From the NCBI GenBank assembly GCA_026023565.1, contig JAPETS010000028.1, positions 433,650 through 453,649 of the forward strand: a DNA stretch of 20,000 nucleotides, given 5' to 3'. Shown piece by piece: positions 1 to 11,988 of this stretch (the first letter of the stretch is position 1; each line of letters begins with the position of its first letter). The notes under the pieces were generated by a model. It was not told the origin of the DNA. It made no database searches and saw only the letters and a list, made by a program, of their open reading frames with translations. Source of the stretch: Cirrosporium novae-zelandiae. Its lineage: Eukaryota. Both the position numbers and the translations under genes were made by a program.

Positions 1-496
1 CCCGTTACTCTTTCTTGCAACAAAAATAAAGAAAGCCTTCTCCTCAACACCCGAGCCGGTAACGCCTGAATGTCATTATTATTGGCTTCGACTCTTTGAT
101 ATGGTCTATGGCTATTTGAGAATAATCTTGGGAAATACATATTCGCTGGGGGTTTGACCTCCTTTTGAGAACCTTGGGGTCTTAACAACACTCGGGGAAC
201 GTCCGTCAACAGCTGAGGCCCTTTATTACCTACGCCTGGTGAGTCGGGATTTATTCTACAGGAAACATTACCTAACCATAACAATACCTTTTCTTGAATT
301 GACTTTCCCTGATCGAAATATTCAAGACGAAGCTTTCACAGCGTCCTAGCCGATTGGTACCTGAATATGCTCAGCTGACCGCTTCAATATATAGTCCCGA
401 TAGTAGCCTCCCATTTGCCAACATTCAAGCAAGCCGGATCTGCTTGTTGTATAATTATCTTCCAAGGGAAACTATTCGCTATAATACATCGCTCCC

Positions 497-2108
497 ATGG
501 CGTCCTCTTCCTCATCCAATGTGGTCGGCGTACACTACCGCGTGGGCAAGAAAATTGGGGAGGGCTCGTTCGGTGTCATTTTCGAGGGGACCAACTTGCT
601 CAATGCCCAGCAGGTTGCAATCAAATTCGTACGTTGTTGGACACTGTCTGTACGAGTTTCGAACAATACTAACGGTCATTCTTCTAGGAACCACGAAAGA
701 GTGATGCACCACAGTTAAGAGATGAATATCGAACATACAAGATTCTCGTTGGTTGCCGTATGTCAAACCTCCATATCATTTGCTATCACATCATTAACCT
801 CTCACAGCTGGTATTCCTAATGTCTACTACTTTGGCCAAGAAGGTCTTCATAATATCTTGGTCATTGATCTTCTTGGACCCAGTCTTGAGGATTTGTTTG
901 ATCATTGCAACCGGAGATTCTCCATTAAGACCGTTGTAATGGTCGCCAAACAGATGGTAAGTTCATTGAATATTCAGTTCTCGTATATGTTTTGACAAAG
1001 TTATTAGCTTTCGCGAGTACAAACAATCCATGAGAAGAATCTCATCTATCGTGATATTAAGCCAGACAATTTCCTTATTGGTAGACCTAACACCAAATCC
1101 GCAAATGTTATCCATGTTGTCGATTTTGGTATGGCCAAACAGTACCGAGACCCAAAGACCAAGCAACATATACCTTATCGTGAACGGAAGTCGCTTTCGG
1201 GAACTGCCAGATATATGAGTATCAATACACATCTTGGAAGGGAACAAAGTCGAAGAGATGATCTTGAAGCGCTTGGACATGTGTTCATGTATTTCCTCAG
1301 GGGTGGATTGCCATGGCAAGGCTTGAAGGCGGCGACCAACAAGCAAAAGTATGAGAAAATCGGAGAGAAGAAGCAAACTACTGCCATCAAGGATCTATGT
1401 GATGGTTTTCCAGGTATGTACCGTCTCGATACTAAATTAGGTTATGATTCTAACATGAGATTCCAGAGGAATTCAACAAGTACCTGAGCTACGTGCGAAA
1501 CCTCGGCTTTGAAGATACTCCGGACTATGATTATCTCAGAGACCTATTCACGCAAGCACTAAAGAACACCGGAGAAGTCGAAGACGGAGAGTACGATTGG
1601 ATGAAGCTTAATGGTGGACGAGGCTGGGATGCCGTCAAACAGCACCCATCTCAACACCATTTACATCAAGCCAATGCACAGCCAAATTCTTCTGCCCGAG
1701 AACTCCATGGAACACCACGTGGACAGACACCAGCTGTGACTGCTGCTCGTTTAAACGCCGCGCAGCCCCCGCCTCCATCTCCAGCCAAGCCTGGAGTGGG
1801 CAAAACGCGCGACCGGCCAAACGCCTCCGGCGTGCCAGCGGTAAAGCGTCAGAGCGGAGCGGCGGGGGGCCTCGATGCGGTAACACCCACGGCGTCGACA
1901 CAAGCGCAATTCCAGAACTCCAATGCAAATCTGCCTCACAGGATGACTCAGCAATCGGGCATGGCGCAGGCGTCAGCTCAGCAAACTTCAAGGCAGAACT
2001 CGGAACAGAAACCCACGTTCATGCAGAAGCTCATGAAGGCTCTATGCTGCGGTAAATAATGGCTTGTGCCAATCTCAGAGCTATGCAGACTGACCCCGTA
2101 TAGGCTAA
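497..2108 (+). CDS. YCK1: Casein kinase I, Yck1/Yck2 (CK1-gamma-like, C-terminally lipidated) type; exons 497-628, 688-757, 808-956, 1008-1413, 1467-2051, 2104-2108 (448 aa), or ending at 2059 if the last intron is retained (449 aa)
   Basis: GT-AG introns 629-687, 758-807, 957-1007 and 1414-1466 join the ORF pieces in frame. Kinase motifs: [53 protein letters not shown]-rich tail ends in ALCCG, the di-cysteine typical of palmitoylated Yck-type CK1. Confidence 0.96.
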
Positions 2109-2399
2109 AAGGGATAATCCAGCCTTCTCCTAATCCTTGACCCCTCTCAAGCTATCTCGAGATGGCATGGGTTGTGGCCCTTTTCACATTTATTTTCTTT
2201 CCGGACATAGGGTTACATGAAAGCACTCGTTGCATTATGCCATCAGGGAAAAAAATTACGGATCTTTGCTCGGTCAGGGCGTAGCGGAACTAAACACTCT
2301 ATTCCATCACGCACGTCACATCACCATATCACATTACATTTTACGTATGGGTCCTGTCAATTCCTCCACATCATATAGAACATTCCGGCATGGGGCGCA

Positions 2400-4750
2400 T
2401 GATTCATCTCTTCATCAAACCAAATCACCAAAAACCAGCTAAACCACTTAAAAAAACTGGCAAAAAAAAACCAAACGATTCTGTTCCATATCTTCGGCTG
2501 TCCTTGGACGGTTGTCGGTTTCACCCTCATTTTATTTCTCTACGAATCCAACAGAGACGTTTGATACTAATACTGCCCATACACTGCTGGTATAATAATG
2601 GTTCTGAGGGAGAGGGGAAGCACCATGTCCACCAAAGTAGTTAGTCTTTTTTTGGTTCTGTGAAAGAGACGACCCGTTATGACGTCCGTTTTAGTTATTT
2701 CATATATGTTTTTCTCACTCGTTTTTCTCGTCTTGTGTGGGCTGTATACTTTCTTTGTCTCTCTTTTCGAGGACAGGTGGGAAATGGAGTGTGGGGGTAG
2801 ATGGAACTGGAGTGCAAGGGAAATGTGGTAGTGGTGGTGGTGGTAGTTAGTGATGGAGAGGATGTGGAAAGGGAATAGAAGATGGGTGTGTGTGTCCGAC
2901 CGTCCTCCTTTTTTTGTTAACTGTCCAGCGTACGTGCGTGTGGTCATCGTCGTTTTCTCGTGCGGGTTGCATTATCTGGGGCAAATAAGAATTGGCAAAC
3001 AACAAACACTGGGGTCTTTGTGGGAATCATGTCATATACGGTAATTTTTTCTTCTCTTTTCTCTTTTTTTCCTTTTTTTTTCCTCTCCGGTCTCTAGGTG
3101 ATTTGGGGTGGGGGAGTCAGTCGTCCGCATTACATTTCATTACAAATTACCAATTACATACTTGTTCCCTTGTATGTATGCGTGTGTTGTGTGGTATGTT
3201 ATGGAATGTGATTGGCCCCCCCCCTCTCTTGGAGAACCTTTTGGCTGGAAGGGGAATGGGAAATGGGAAAGAGGGGATTTGGGGGATAGGAGGGAAGATG
3301 TGAGATGAGATGAGTGGTGGTTTAGTTGGTAGAGTTGTTGTGGGTATAGGTGGTTTTTCTTACTTACCTTACCTTAACCTTAGGTACTTACTTAATTAGT
3401 TAGGTAGTTTAGGTAGGGAAAATGGATATGGGTGTAATAGGGTTTTTGGTTTGTTCTTTTTTTTTTCTCCCTCCCGATGTGGAAATGGAAGCGGATATAG
3501 AAGTAATTAAGTGGGTAGAGAGGAGAAAAAGAAAAAAAACGAGAACGGCTCAGCGGGCGGGCGGGTAAGTAAGTGGGCTAAAAAAGCACTCTAAGTATAA
3601 GTGTAAGTTTAAGTAAGTGTGAGGAACAAAACAATACTAGCCAACAGAGATGAAATGGGGCGGGAACTATGGAAGTTTGGAAGGTTATATACTTTTTTTT
3701 GAGGGAGAGAGACGGTTGGATTTGTTTGTGAATTGGGTTTGTTTGGATGGAGGTAAGCTAATTAACAACACTCATTCTTATTGTACCTAATCAAACCAAG
3801 CCAAAAGGCACGTGGGATATACCCAGTGTTAAGATGTATATAATTAGATGGTTTACTGGGTATGTGTATTATGTGTAAGTTATGTGGACTTCTAGACTTC
3901 TAGACTGGCTAGTTAATTGCAGGTAAGTAGGTCATTGAGGTGGCTTGGATGGCTTGGATGGCTTGGATGGCTTGGATGGCTGGACGGCTGGATTGAGGTT
4001 GGATGAGTGGGCGTTATATTCTAGTTCATGTGTTTATTTATTTGTGGAAAGTAGTGTAGATACTAGCGTAACTGAATGGTGGACCGAGGTTATTTTATCT
4101 TTATGGGTTTCGCTTTTTCTTCTTTTCTTTTTTTTGGGGGGGGATATATATAGATTTTTGTGATTGGTTGATTAATTTGCTTGGTATGTTAGTTTAGTTG
4201 ATTTATTAGTGGAGGTCATTCTTGTTAAGAGGTGAAGAGGATTTTTTTTGTTACGGTATGAGTGAGTAGGTAGGTAATTAGATGAGTGAATGTGTTTTAT
4301 TCGGGGGATGGATATATGTATATGTCTAGTGAGCAGGTAGTCTAGAAATGATATCTATATCTCTAAGTATATTTTGAAGGGAGGATGGTGTGATAAGTAC
4401 CTAGGTAGGCCTTCTTTCTTCATCCTTGATGCGGAATTGATTATAAGTACGGAGTTGGGGGGTTGAGGTCGTAGCTTGGGTTGGATTTGTTCATATTCAT
4501 AGTCATGTTCGTGGATATCGTGAGTGCGTGAGTGTGTGCGAGTGTATGCATGTACGCGCGAGGGTGGTATATATAAATCCAAATGGATTGAGTCTGATGT
4601 CTAATAAATATACCTGTTGCCGGGATGGGAAGGAGGGTTTGTTGGTCGTTGGGTGTTAATAATGGAGTGGTTTTTTTAGATGGTAGATCTGGGCTTTGTG
4701 GGAGATGTTCCCTGAGAAGAGTATCCATCGTCATGAAGGAAGGGTCCAAG
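2400..4750. other. Low-complexity, strand-skewed intergenic/3'UTR region between the convergent CK1 and TatD genes
   Basis: Homopolymer A/T runs, (GTG)n, (GAGAT)n and TACTTACC/GTAGGTAG-like microsatellites, and a G/T-rich plus strand. The ORFs here have only compositionally biased translations. Confidence 0.7.
3942..3977. repeat. Tandem repeat (GGCTTGGAT)x4 plus degenerate copies
   Basis: Four perfect 9-bp units at 3942, 3951, 3960 and 3969, followed by GGCTGGAC GGCTGGA. Confidence 0.9.
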
Positions 4751-4821
4751 TAGCTCGCCTCTTCGAGCTGGTTTTATTCATATATTTCGGTTTCCCTTGT
4801 CCCTTTTCGTCGAAATTGTCA

Positions 4822-6008
4822 TCAATTCACTACTTCCCCAAGTCCAAACATCTCAATTGAATTTCTCCATGCTGCCTCTGCCACCTCTTCGACCGGGATC
4901 CCTTTAACCCCGGCAACAACCCAACACACATGAGCGATAGCACACGGTTCATTCCTCCCCTTAACCATGCACCCTTTCTCCCACTTTTCCTTCTTCACCG
5001 CCTTCGGTAGCGGTGGTGCATTAGTTTTATACTTGGCGCTGGCGGCGCTGGCGCGCATCTCGCACCAAGGGGCATCAGTTTCAATTTGCAGATGTGAAAG
5101 CGGTATTGCCCTCACAACCTCTAGATTTTCTTCTGTTTTTAAGCTACACCCGTTAATACCGATGTGCAGTCCCAGCTCCAGGAGCCGTTTCATTTCCTCT
5201 ACCGAGCCTGTGAAGCTGTGGACTAACCCCCCCTTTGGTAATTTTGGTAACCTCGGTTTTAGCAGGCGTTCAAAATCCTCTGCCGCAGCGCGGGAGTGGA
5301 GGAATAATGGAAGGGGTGGGTCCAAGGCCGTGGCGATATCGAGCTGAGCTTCAAAGTATTTGAGTTGGGTTTCTTTAGGAGAGAGGAAGAGGCGGTCGTA
5401 GTCGAGGCCGATTTCTCCAAAGGCAACGGCATGGTTGGTGGTGGAGGCGGCTTTTGCGAGGGTGGCGAGGGAGGCAAGGAGGCCGGTTGGGTTGGGGGAT
5501 TTGGTGAAGGTCGTTGTGGAGCAGGGGTGCACGCCGATGGTTGCATAGCAAATGCTAGCTAGGGAGAGGGGAGATGTAGATGTTAGTAATTGGGGTTATA
5601 TATCGTAGGACGCCTTTGTTACGAAATTGCGAAACCAATTCATCATGAAACCTGGCTTGAAAAAAAACCCCCTCATTATCAGAACCAGAAAGGAAACGCA
5701 CGATACTGCTCCGCAATCTCCACCGCCTTTTTACTCTCCTCTAAATTGCTTCCCGTAATCATAAACTTCTCACATCCAGCATTCACGGCCCGTTTTATTA
5801 CGTCCGAGAGGTCATCATCGTGCGCGTGCTTCCCATGGTAGATTCCGCGAAAGATAGGATCCGAGAGATTTGCGCCGACCTAGTAAAGAAAATGTTAATC
5901 AGTTGAGGTGGGCTTCGGAGGTAGAGAGAGTGGTAGGGGGAAAGTAGGCGCACCTACGTCTGCGTAGCGGAGCTTTTTGGGCGGAGAGGAGGTCGCCATG
6001 GTGGTCAT
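4822..6008 (-). CDS. tatD: TatD-family DNase (TATDN1-like); exons 6008-5958, 5879-5702, 5558-4822; 321 aa (alternative start at 5999)
   Basis: Introns 5957-5880 (GTAGGT..TAG) and 5701-5559 (GTGCGT..TACTAAC..TAG) give one open frame. Motifs: DVGANLSDPIFRG, GVHP, GEIGLDYDR, LPLFLHSR, VHSFTG, ETDAPW, GRNEP. Confidence 0.94.
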
Positions 6009-6491
6009 GGACCTCTGGCGGGAAGATGCCAACGGGTGGTGGAGGAGCGTACTATGAGGAATGATCTGAACAAGCGATACAGATAGACAGTATGGTTTCC
6101 AAGAAGCAAAAATGCTACTTCTAGTTAAAGAGCCGATTGCATACACCATCAAGACAGCTGAAGTTGGTTCTGAATAGTAGGTTGGAGTGATGTTTCGACC
6201 TACCTTGGTGGCTCACGCCAGGTCAAAGTTAGAATAACGTACTTTCATCTCAATATAATTTATTCATACACCTGAGCAACGGAGGAAAATATCCAAAGCG
6301 AGCACGACTCTATACTACAAGAGCTTACAGGAGATGTACAGAATACCAATATCATTCAATTATTCATTCAATTCATCGACACTCATAAATACTACATAAA
6401 TATATATAAATATATACTTGTACAATCAAGGGTATAGTCCCACCCAAATACCCCACCAAATCCTCCAGCGCCTTGTTCGCCCATTCATTCA

Positions 6492-8121
6492 TTAAGGCGA
6501 GTTATCTCTGCACGAGAACGGCTTTCCAGCAGCTTTGGAATCTGTCTCAATTGACGAGCCTGTCGAATACAAACCGAGTACGCACACGGCTGCTCCAATC
6601 ACAATGGTGAAGAGGTTAAATACGCACATCAAGCTCTTCCACAATCCGGCTTTCCTACCAAAATGCTCCCCCAATCCCCAGCCTCTCCTCCATCCCTTCG
6701 CCCTTTCAAGGTTCAGTGCGATCCAGAAAAATCCACATAGACCAAAGGTAAACCAAGAGGCAAAAAGAGACGAGGTAAGGCCAAGAAGATCTTCGAATAT
6801 TGGAACTGCGGACGCGATAAGCCAGGCGACAGTCCAAAAGCCGATGCACAAAAGCGTCCAAATTCCCATGGTGAATGGAGTGTTGGCGTGGAGGTATTGC
6901 TTCTTGTTGCGGAAGAGGCGGACGTAGATGTATTTGCAGACAACGTGACCGTTAACTACACCTGCAATGACAATCTAATAAAGATAATCTTAGTTTAGAA
7001 CGAAATAAATTTAGGGGTCTAGTAAGGCTTACCGTTGGAATTGCCAAGCCCCAAGCAACTTTACCCATTATCTTGCCCGCACTACCCAGTGCTGGTGAAG
7101 CAACGTCATTCCCAACAAACCAATAAATCACAATTGCTGAAATCAGATACAGACTGGTATCCATTCCTTGCAGTAGATATAGTGCTTTGGGATAATCTTG
7201 TGGGTCTTCAAGCTCTGTGATAAACCCGAAGAATGCGACGTGTCCGGCATATGCAAAGACGATATTGGTAACAGCGAGGAAGCCTTCCTTCAGACTCACG
7301 GAGCGGAAAAGGTCGATAGTTGCAATAGAGTCGGGTTCTTGTCGCGGATTTATCACTCCAACCGAGATCATGGTGGTTAGTACGGCCGCGAGTATACTCA
7401 CGCAACTTGGAATACTAATCCATGCAATCTTCTCTAGCTGCCGCGGTAGCGTCAAAAGTATTGACAATACTGTGCCTGTAGCCGAGAACGCCAGAGTGCA
7501 CGCACCATGGTTAGTTATCACGTTCATCATGATACTGAAAACCTGGACATGGGAGCCCATGACTAGGACAAAGAAGAGGAGCTGAGCGCAGCCGAAGAAT
7601 TCTTTACCCCACCGACCGAAGAAAATCTGGCCAGCGTCTGCCATACTGTGGACACCAGGGTATACAAAAGCAAATTGGCCAATCATATAACCAGTATAGG
7701 TAGCGAGAAGACCACAGACGACTGTTAGGATAATACCGCTATCAGGAATATTAGGATTGGATCTTAATGGCCGAGGGTACATTGTACGAATAAGATAGAA
7801 GACTTACGGAATCAATCCTAGCACTGCGAAAGAATGAGGAAGAGCCAGAATACCCATGGATACGGTCTCAGCAATCATAAGCATTCCTGCCTGCCACCAC
7901 TTCATGGTTCTATACTTTGTCTCCGCACCATCTTCGTCACCGAATGCATTGACAGTAAAGTCGTTATCGGGAATAGCACTAGACTTTTCCAGATCGTAGA
8001 CTTTAGAGGAGTCTTCCGGGGTTGTGTTGTCTGGGTATCGGGGGAGTACACCATCATCAATTCCTGGGAGAGGAGCGAGAGGGGCGGCAGGGGAAGATTT
8101 GGTTGGTGAGGGAGACGCCAT
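6492..8121 (-). CDS. mtr: Neutral amino-acid permease (Aa_trans/AAAP family, Neurospora Mtr-like); exons 8121-7808, 7738-7033, 6974-6492; 500 aa
   Basis: Introns 7807-7739 and 7032-6975 join the frames. The protein has many hydrophobic segments and the family motifs YRTMKWWQAGMLMIAETVSMGILALP, TNIVFAYAGHVAFF and IVIAGVVNGHVVCKYIY. Confidence 0.92.
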
Positions 8122-8129
8122 TTGCAATA

Positions 8130-8155
8130 ATTGTGTCGAGATTGTGTCGAGATTG
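8130..8155. repeat. 11-bp tandem duplication (ATTGTGTCGAG)x2.4 just upstream of the permease start codon
   Basis: ATTGTGTCGAG ATTGTGTCGAG ATTG is read directly, beginning 9 bp upstream of the ATG at 8121. Confidence 0.8.
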
Positions 8156-8478
8156 AACACTGAAGGGTCCAGAGAGTGTTGTCAAAAGCTCTTCGAGGAT
8201 TTGGTCAGAGTTTTAGTAGTCAGTTTTTATGTAGTATCGATTTGCAAATCGAAACCTGAACCATGCAGGCAAAACTCGCTTGTCCCCACGGATTCTGCTT
8301 TTAAAGGTTAGTCGGCTATTAGACAAGGCAGGTTCTTAGTAGTAATAGATATTCCGAGGGAAAATGCATGTATGATGAGAAAAAAGGATGCAGGAAGAGG
8401 AGAGGAGAGAAAGCAAGTTAAATAGTGGGCTTCCCTTAAGCTCAGGCCCGGTTCCCTAATATGAAGGAACAACAGAGG

Positions 8479-8622
8479 CGATAAGGGAAGTAATTTTTTA
8501 TGATGCACATGCAGTTGCGTTCCAGATCCCATTGTGTAGATTCATGTAGGTTCGTGAGTTTTGTCATGGTGATAATGCAACCGATCTGAGTGCAAGACAG
8601 TCTGAAAGTAAACGCTGATAAG
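8479..8622. promoter_or_regulatory. Cluster of HGATAR sites (candidate AreA/NIT2 nitrogen-regulation elements) upstream of the permease
   Basis: CGATAAG at 8479, TGATAA at 8570 and TGATAAG at 8616, about 360-500 bp upstream of the ATG. The motif is short, so function is inferred. Confidence 0.4.
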
Positions 8623-9187
8623 AACCACAGCTTATTCTTGCGATATACAGTGTTTGATCAGAGAAAGATTAGGATAAAAGAACCCCAAGGTGACCTGTGC
8701 TTAGCATTCTTGATTCGATATATAGGAAAATGTTGATTAATGGTATGATATATATGATCTAGGTTGGAGTATTGTCTCGGAGTAAGTAGAAGGTTGGACA
8801 TTAGGGTTTGGTTGACATTGGACAAGTTGTCTCCTTTGCCAAGACCTAGTATAGCCTCAGGCATAGAATCTTTCAACCATCAACACCGACCGATATCGGG
8901 GCTCACAATTTAACATGACTAAAAACCTCGAATTTGGGCATGAAAGATGCTGGCACTCACCGTTAGATCAACTAGGTATGTCCTGTTTACGGCATTAGAT
9001 CAATCTATATATCACTAATTACTAATTGAGCACTACGGAAACCCTGTCCCCACTGGCATTTCAATATTCGTAATGAACGTGGGGTGCTACATATCCAACG
9101 ATAATAATATGTAATAATACGTTAATATGTTGCGGAGTAAATATGGGTTACAGTAAATGGTTAGTCTATGTTAGCTTCACAGCCTTT

Positions 9188-11523
9188 CTATTTGTTAGCA
9201 CCTGAGTCTTCTCCCATCACCAGGTTATGTCCAGGTGGAAATTTCGAATCACTCTCTAATATGTCCGCTGGGCCGTCTTTAAATACGAAAAATAATTAGC
9301 CCGGACTTTCCAACAGCAATGTTTTGTCAATACTTACCATGTCTCGAATATAACCTCCTTTCATGTTCATCGAACATCTTCGCCTTTCCTGTTTCTACGT
9401 CTTTTCTAGTAACAGCTAACTTACTCTTCGGCAATCCCATGCTTGCCAAAAACTTGACGCTTTCCCTCCACTCAAGTTCTCGCCTCTTCTTATCCCAGCC
9501 CAATTCTTCGCTCATCAAGTCAATGACCGTTGGGAGTGCCTCCAACGCTGCTTGAGCATTCAGGAATGCAAGCCGCGTTCGTCGAGCAATGACATCAACA
9601 GCTGTTTGGGCGTACTCATGGCGGACTGCATATCGAACCTCGCCATCGATAAAAGGATACAAAGTTGAAATCCTGGTTCCACGGACAGGGAAACGTTTTT
9701 CTGTGGGGGCAGCAAGGGCAGCAACAGTCCAGGCTCTATCACCGTAGGATTCGGTGAGATGCTTTGCTACATCAGTTTCGATACCGAAATGCTGGATCAA
9801 GTTGATGAAAAGGGTCTTCGAGAAACCGTGGGCGCCAATAAGTTTGACTTGGTGTGTTTGACATGAACCGTCTAGAATGGAGGCATCATGGTACATGCCC
9901 AGACCACTGATATCGGGAGCGTGAGAAACCGGTGTAGGGTTTAAGGAGAATAGATTAATAGCTTCATCGATAGTGTCTTCAGCCATCTGTCTATATGTTG
10001 TCCATTTCCCGCCGGCGCATGTTAAGAGACCGGAGTCAGAGACAGTGATAAGATGGTTACGAACTAAAGATTCGGTATTTTTCGCTTTGGGGTCACGGAC
10101 AAGAGGGCGAATACCAGACCAAGCAGCAAGAACATCACCACGACGTACGTTGATGTCGGGAGCAAGATAACCACGGATTTCAGAAAGAATCCAGTTAATT
10201 TCTTGCTCGCCAGCTATTGGGTTTGGGGTAATTTTTGTGGGCGCATCAGTTGTACCAGCAATAGTGTTGCCTTGCCAAGGTAAGAAGAATATGACTCTAC
10301 CATCAGACGTTGAAGGGTCAATTAAGCCCATGTTTGAAGGACTGTAATAACCTGGTAGAATGATATGGACACCCGAGCTTGGAGCAACTATTTCAGAGGC
10401 TTCTTGGCTATCCATCTTCCGTATGGAGTCGGTAAAAGGGCCAGTAGCGTTGATTATCCCTTTGGCTCGGATCGAAAATTCTTTGGCTGAACCACCATTC
10501 TTTTCGTCAACCAAGTCCCTAGCTCGGGCACCTATAAGTTTTCCAGATGCATCTTTATCAAGACCGACAATTTCTAAATGATTGACAACAGTCGCGCCGT
10601 AAATAGCTGCGGTCATTGCAATCGAGACATTCATCCGGGAGTCGTTATGGGCTCCATCTGTAATATTGATCAGGGAGGTCTGAATGTCTCCAATCAAAGT
10701 GTTTGATCTTACCGTAATAAACCAGCGCTCCAACGAGATTTTCTCTCTTCAGCATCGGGAAAGCATCCAGGGCTCTACTCTTTGTTAAGAAGTAAGAGCT
10801 TTCGATACCTTCAGACCCAGCAAGAAAATCATAAAACTTCGTACCAGCCCAGAAATATGGCGCTTGCCACCATTTTTGTATTGGAATCATAATTGGAAGC
10901 CATGAGGATAAATGAGGAGCTGTATCGAGGAAATATTTGCGTTCTCTCAGCGCCTCTTTGACTAATGCATACCTTTCCGCCGTTTAGCCAAAGAATAACT
11001 CAATCGCAAAGGAAATGACCACATACTGATTATAATCAAGTTCCCAAACTGCCTTTTCCAAATATCTTACACCTCCATGTACCAACTTTGTACTCTTGCT
11101 GCTTGTCCCACTGCTAAAATCATCTCTCTCCACGACAGCCACCTTCAAGCCTCTTGTGGCCGCATCGAGGGCAATACCAGAACCTGTTGCACCACCGCCA
11201 ATAATTAAGAGATCATATGGCTCCTCTTCTTTGCTTTCTTCTTGGCCACGACGAAATATCTTGTCTTTAATACCATCCTTGTTCTCCTGTGGAGCTGATT
11301 TTTTTAGATCTTGTATCTGTTCGGCACGGGTTATGACTTTGGGGAACCGTGGCGGGATGAATGTACCTCCTTTGCCATAACCGGGGGGTTGAACAACAGC
11401 AGGATCGGAACCAGGAATATTACGTGGTCTGTATGAAATGTAGAGAAGGGATCCCCCTAGACCGGCGGCGGCAGAGGTGTACAGCAAAGGTTTAAGGAAG
11501 CGGCGAGAGCCTCGATAAGCCAT
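9188..11523 (-). CDS. GUT2: Mitochondrial FAD-dependent glycerol-3-phosphate dehydrogenase; exons 11523-11027, 10972-10713, 10657-9338, 9276-9188; 721 aa
   Basis: Arg-rich N-terminus plus a hydrophobic anchor. Motifs: FAD-binding [81 protein letters not shown]. Introns 11026-10973, 10712-10658 and 9337-9277 keep the frame to the TAG at 9190-9188. Confidence 0.96.
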
Positions 11524-11794
11524 ATTGGATAATAATTTGGAGTAAGGTCAAAAGCGGCGGATGGGGAGGCTCGATGGCGATGAAAGTACAAGCAATTGGG
11601 GTAAAAGGGATTGAAAAATGTTATACAGGAATTCTCGTGGTTCAGGCGCACCGCACCTGTCAGGATGAAGGAAGAGATTATGTTAGATAATTAAATGCCG
11701 AACTCTGCTCGCCGAGTTAGATGGGTTGTGCTACTGAGCAGTAGACTTTATGCCGAGCCTAGACAAGGCCTTTCAGTGAAAACAAAACAGATGT

Positions 11795-11988
11795 CCGGAG
11801 GATGAATCATGGTTAATGACTTTTTATACGGGTTCTGAGGAGGATGATGAATGGAGCTGGAGAGGTGGATTATTGTTCCTTACAGCTCCACCATTTTGTC
11901 ACCTGGAGAGGCTGAATCGATGATAGGAGAATGAATGGGAGACGTGCTATTATCATTGGTTGAATATAGGTTGACTTCATGTGTGGGG
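11795..11988 (-). promoter_or_regulatory. Candidate GUT2 promoter: TATAAAAA (11828-11821) and five SYGGRG (CreA/Mig1-type) sites
   Basis: CCGGAG at 11795, CTGGAG at 11857, CTCCAC (=GTGGAG) at 11886, CTGGAG at 11903 and GTGGGG at 11983. The TATA-like box is about 300 bp upstream of the ATG. Confidence 0.45.

Noticed and set aside
4355..4749. Minus-strand ORFs just downstream of TatD
   Set aside because: They have non-ATG starts and microsatellite-derived composition, and are probably the TatD 3' flank.
5555..5561. Tandem acceptor TAGCTAG in TatD intron 2
   Set aside because: The second AG would shift the frame by 4 nt, and nothing suggests it is used.
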